From the human T2T-CHM13v2.0 reference genome, Homo sapiens, in NCBI RefSeq assembly GCF_009914755.1, contig NC_060933.1: a stretch of 64,000 nucleotides of DNA; one strand, 5' to 3'. Within the stretch, counting starts at the first letter, position 1. Every line of letters starts with the position of its first letter. Shown piece by piece: positions 59,080-64,000 of this stretch. The position numbers and the translations under genes are program-made. Under the pieces are notes generated by a model. The model was not told where the DNA came from and ran no database searches. It saw only the letters and a program-made list of their open reading frames with translations.

Positions 59080-59639
59080 CTGAATTTTGTTGTCTCATCT
59101 TTCCAGGAGATTCAAGTCGTCTTTACTGTCTTCCTTTTCCTCATTGCATTATATTTAAAGAAAACTTCAATTTAATTAGAGCAAACGCATTCCAAATTCC
59201 CTAACAACCATAAAACTCCTTGAAAGCTAAGAGTAAGTGAATATACATGAGTTGGAGTTTATTTTATTTCTCCAGGCCTGTGGATTTTATCCCTGTCTAG
59301 AGAGTTTTATTTGTGTTTGCATATTCATTTTTAAGACTCTAGGTATTGATTGTGGAAATATTATAGCTTTATGGGGAAGGAATGTTAGTGGAAATGTCTG
59401 CACACCAAAAAAACACACAGTTGCATTTTATATAACAGTTACACAAACAAGATTATTTTAGCGGTAATTTGTAAAATATCAGCTCTATTTCTGTTACAAC
59501 CAGATATAAACTGCCCGATTAATGTGAGTGAGAGGATATAATAAATGTGTTAGATAACAGAAAACACGTGGAAACTGCTCTTTGATGTTATTCTGTTCTT
59601 TAAAAATTATTCTTGAAAGTACACTATGTGTCAATTTAC

Positions 59640-59830
59640 TACATGCTTCTCATGTGTGATGTTATATAATTCTTAACATAATTCTAAGAAGTGGATATTA
59701 TTATTCCCATTTGATAGATGACAAAAGACGGGGCCTACAAAATTTCACCAGTTAGCACCAAGTTTATAGGTGACAGAACCAAGATTCACTTGCAGGACTT
59801 TCTAACTCCAAATCCCCTGTCCTTAATACC
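59640..59830 (-). mobile_element. MIR
   Basis: GATATTATTATTCCCATTTGATAGATGA...GTGACAGAACCAAGATTC...CTAACTCCAAATCCC. Confidence 0.7.
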
Positions 59831-61964
59831 ATTTTTTTTTCTATAAGAGCTCCATTTCTTTTGTTTTTGATCTTAAATTTTAAAGGGCTGTGATAATCGT
59901 ATACCAGTTACTCTACCCAAAAGTTAATCTCCCTATGAATAATATGTAGTATATTAGTGTACAATGGAGGACTGTATTAATTCTCTTTAAAAGAGATATT
60001 TCATTGGTCCTTAGGAAAAAAATGATCCTTTTTCTGCCACATTTATCATTTCCTCTTTGTCCTTCTTCTTCTTAAATGCATGAGTTATTATTCCTTCACT
60101 AACTCTGAACTGTTCCTTTTAATAATCATATCCAAATATATGGTTTTAAATGTGACTATAATAAAAATCAGTCCGAACACTCTACCACCAGTCATCTGCC
60201 CTGGATTTTAGTCCACTATTTTAAGTCACTTGAATGCCAACCAGATTTATAACCTTTAAGTCATATGTTATTCCTTCTTTCTTGTCACTTTTTGATAGCA
60301 GTGATAGGACCGCCATCAATATTGCTTGCTCTATTTTTATTTTAAAAGAAATCCTAAATTTAATTCAAGGAAAAGTTAGTACATTATCAGCTAACTATAT
60401 AAATAAGTTTTTTAAACACATTATAATAATTCTTTATAAAGCAATAAGTATTTATATTAAAGTACACATCACATCTTGACCATATACTTTTTATAATCTT
60501 TTTTCTTTATGATTTCCAATAATGGTAGAGTTATGCCTTTGCTGAATCTATGACCTGGTAGTTTTTTAAAAAAAGAAAAAATAAGAATTTTTGGTCCAGT
60601 ACAGTTCCATGATTGGAGTGTAATTTGTCTTACATATTCCTTGAAAGACTTCCCAGTATAATCAATGGCTCTGATTTCTTCTGCTCGTGACCCTTTCTCC
60701 TTGTTCACTACTCTTATATTTGATAAAGCTGGCTTCTCATCATTTTGACAGCCCCCAAACTGCTCTCTGTTCCTGCAGTGGATATATATTTAGCGACTTG
60801 GCCACATTTTAGTGTACGTCTATTACTCAGCACTCTATTGCAGACTGTGGAAATTTTTAGGAGGATTATAGGTGAAGGTTTCCTACATTCCCTACAGTGA
60901 AGTGATGTGCTTGTAATGGTCAGGAAGTTATTTTTATCCTACCTCATGACACTTCCATGGTTCCTGGGAGTTCCTGTTCCTAATTTGTTCAGTCTTCCTA
61001 TCAATTCTGTGAGCTAACCTGAGACTCTTTCAATATATACTTTTTTGCTAAAGTTAGAATTCTAACAGACACACCTCTCTAGAATATCCTCTGTTGTCCA
61101 TTTTGGGCACAGCTGTCTTATTTATCTTCTCATTTATAAATATAGTCAAATAGTTAAATATAGTTTAATAGTTTACAGGACTAAGTAAAGAGTAAAATAG
61201 TACTAGGAAGCAGAGTATATTAAATGCAAAGACAGGAAGACATCTATGAACCTAAGACCTCATGAAAATATCTTTTCATCTTTCTGAATAAAATTGACTC
61301 AACAATTGCAACGCTAGTGTTCACCTTCAACACGAATGAGTACAAATTGTGCTTAGATTTTCCTCTCTAATACCATTCTCCACTAAAAGAGAGGAAGAGT
61401 GATTCCATTTTTTTTGATGTAGGAAAATTCATAGTAGGTCTGGAGCTTCCAATTTTTGTAATTAAGGTTGCTTTAAAGAATGACAGAGAAAGCACTGACA
61501 GAGAAAGTACTGAAAGAGAAAGTAGCCCCTTAAAGGGTCTGCTCTGAGCCAAATTAAACAATTTAATTTTTTGTTATCACTTATTAAAAGTAATTAAGTC
61601 TATGAAAGAATATGTAATGCTACTGACACAACAAAATTTTAACATGAAGTACTCAAAATAATAATTGAATATATAAGAATGATGACTATGATAGAATATA
61701 CTTATGCTGTCATTCTTTTTAATAAGAAGGAAGTTGTACATTGACAGGAATTTTAAAAATATCTTAAAGACACTTTGATATATATATATAAATTTATAAA
61801 TTTATATATGCATACAAATATATGTGATTTATAAAATGTATTACCTCTATAACTGTGGCAAGTTAACAGAAAATTATTCTGAATAAGCAATTGAAAATAT
61901 AAGCGCTGAACCAAAACCAAGAAAGAATGATTAACACGGATCATACAGAGTATTTCAGAGATAC

Positions 61965-62421
61965 TGTATTAGTTTGCTAGGGCTGCCATAACAAAGTACC
62001 ACAAACTAGGTGGCTTAAACAACAGAATTTTCTGTTTCAGTTCTGAAGTCTAGAAGTTCAAGATCAAGGTGTCAGCAGGGCTGGCTCCTTCTGAGGGCTA
62101 TGAGGAAGAATCTGTTCCATCTATCTCCTCTAGCTTCTGTTGGTTTGCTGACAATCTTTGGCAGTCCTTGGCTTGTGGAAGCAATACTCCAAGTCTGACC
62201 ATGATCTTCTCCTGATATTCTTCCTCTGTGTGTGTGTCTGTGTCCAAACTTCTCTAATTTGTCTAAGAACACCAGTCATATTGGATTGGGGCCTGTCCTA
62301 ATGACTTGATCTTAACTAATTACATCTTCAAAATACTATTTCTAAATAAGGTCACATTCTGAGGTACTGGGACTGGGATTTCAGCATATAAATTTTGGGA
62401 GGCGCAGTTCAACCTATAACA
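61965..62421 (-). mobile_element. MLT1C-like solo LTR
   Basis: TGTATTAGTTTGCTAGGGCTGCCATAACAAAGTACCAC...CAGTTCAACCTATAACA; flanks GATAC/GACAC. Confidence 0.88.
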
Positions 62422-64000
62422 GACACTTAGTGCCATGATATATATAAAAGGAACAATATGTGAATAAACTGAATGCTGAGCATGTTTAAATGTTGGCATA
62501 TCAAATTAACAAAGTAGAATGTGGAGCAATTAAAATTGTAAAGATGAAGAGCCTCCAAAGTGAAATTATTTATTTAAAGAAACTTTTTTTTTACTGGTAC
62601 AACTATGAAAGCTACATATATGTGATAAATGGTTGATGGAAATATACATAAGTAAATCTAATTAGGGGATTAAGGCCAGAAATTGGGATGAATCATTAAC
62701 ATTCCTTTTAAGATGTTTATTTAATAGTAATGTGAATATTGAAAAGGGAATTATTGTGGTAAACCACTGAACCTATATTTTTTTTCCTTGGGGAGAGCCT
62801 GATTCACAAGCAGAAACCTCATTAAGCCACTCCCAATGATACCTAAATCAAAAGCAGTCACTCAGGAGCAAGAGGAATATAGTTCTAATAGCAGGAACAC
62901 AAATTGAGCACATTCAATATCTGAGAAGAATGTTTCATTCTCTTGAAAACTACCTACACACATAAAAACTCAATACAGGTGGCAGTAGCCAGTGTGCACA
63001 GGGGAGCAACTCTACTTGCCACAGAACATTCAAGTGCAGGAAAAACAATTAATTTCCATTACTCAGTTCTACAAATGACAAAAAAAAAAAACTTCATCTA
63101 CTCATACATGGATATTGAAAAGAGCTTTAATATGGAATGAGTGATCATTTGTAATTGGAGATGCTTATTGGGCTCTCTGAATAGGAATTAGAAAAATCTA
63201 TAGGAAGTTTTACCATATTAACATTTTTTTATCTCTAGGTTTAGGCACTATGATCCTTACCTAGTAAACCAAACCTCTTAGAGAAAAACTAGCATTCCCT
63301 TCAATTTTACAGTGCTTTTCAGTTTAGCTCTTTCCTAGCTGATACATGAGATGTTTGTAATTTTGTTAATCATTCAATTAATTAATACAGTGTGTGGAGT
63401 GAAATCCAAATGATTCCAGGGGTATCAACATATCCAGGGAGTTCAGAGAAGAGTGGGAAGTTTTCAGTGCCAATGAGTAGTTTTGAAAATCTGTAATTTC
63501 AAAAATATTAGGAAGATTCCTGAGTAAAGAAAGCAAAAATTTCATTTAGACGTATTCTTTCCTTTTCTCCTAAATCTTATCTCTTCCCATTTCTCTTAAT
63601 CATATCTCATGAAGCGTAATCTTATGAAGGTATAGTGAAAGGAGAAAGGACAAAGAAAATGTGAATGAGTTGGGCATTATTGAAGGGGGCCTACCTAACA
63701 CAAAAATTTTTGCAAAACTACTCCTTAAACTAGACTTGAAATATTGTATTGGCACATGTTTTATGTCAGAAGCTATCCATTGGTCATTAATCTATGCTAA
63801 AATTTTGCAATCTAGTCCTTCTTCTGTGTTCTCTGTATTGCCCCCCGTAACCTCTACAGTCATTTAGAAAGTTATAGGAGAGTTCTGTTAGCTATTATCA
63901 TGGACAATTACTTGATTGACTAAATATAAAAGAAAATTAAACTTCTTTCTCAAGAATTCTAAAATTATATTTAGAATTTGATTTAATAAACATTTGCTGA

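Overview
AT-rich human genomic DNA, intergenic or deep intronic. The L1HS-Ta element makes it human. I recognise no intact cellular protein-coding exon. The longer ORFs come from transposons (L1 ORF2, THE1 internal ORF, Tigger1 transposase) or are Alu/simple-repeat artefacts. The main feature is a very young, 5'-truncated and 5'-inverted L1HS Ta-1 insertion (42209-45004). It has perfect 16-bp TSDs and a 41-nt 3' transduction between two long pure poly(A) tracts, and it sits at the edge of a MER4-group solo LTR. Other notable structures: an older L1PA with a 19-nt 5' micro-inversion; a full-length THE1 provirus nested in an MSTA LTR, which itself carries a 22-nt copy of THE1-internal sequence; a left-left-right Alu trimer inside one TSD pair; several small duplication scars; and one non-repetitive, CpG-retaining, promoter-like patch at about 24.6-24.9 kb. 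Repeat subfamily names come from my recollection of consensus sequences, not from a search, and boundaries of old repeats are approximate. I found no convincing wholly new biological system; the best leads are retrotransposition and DNA-repair scars plus the promoter-like patch.
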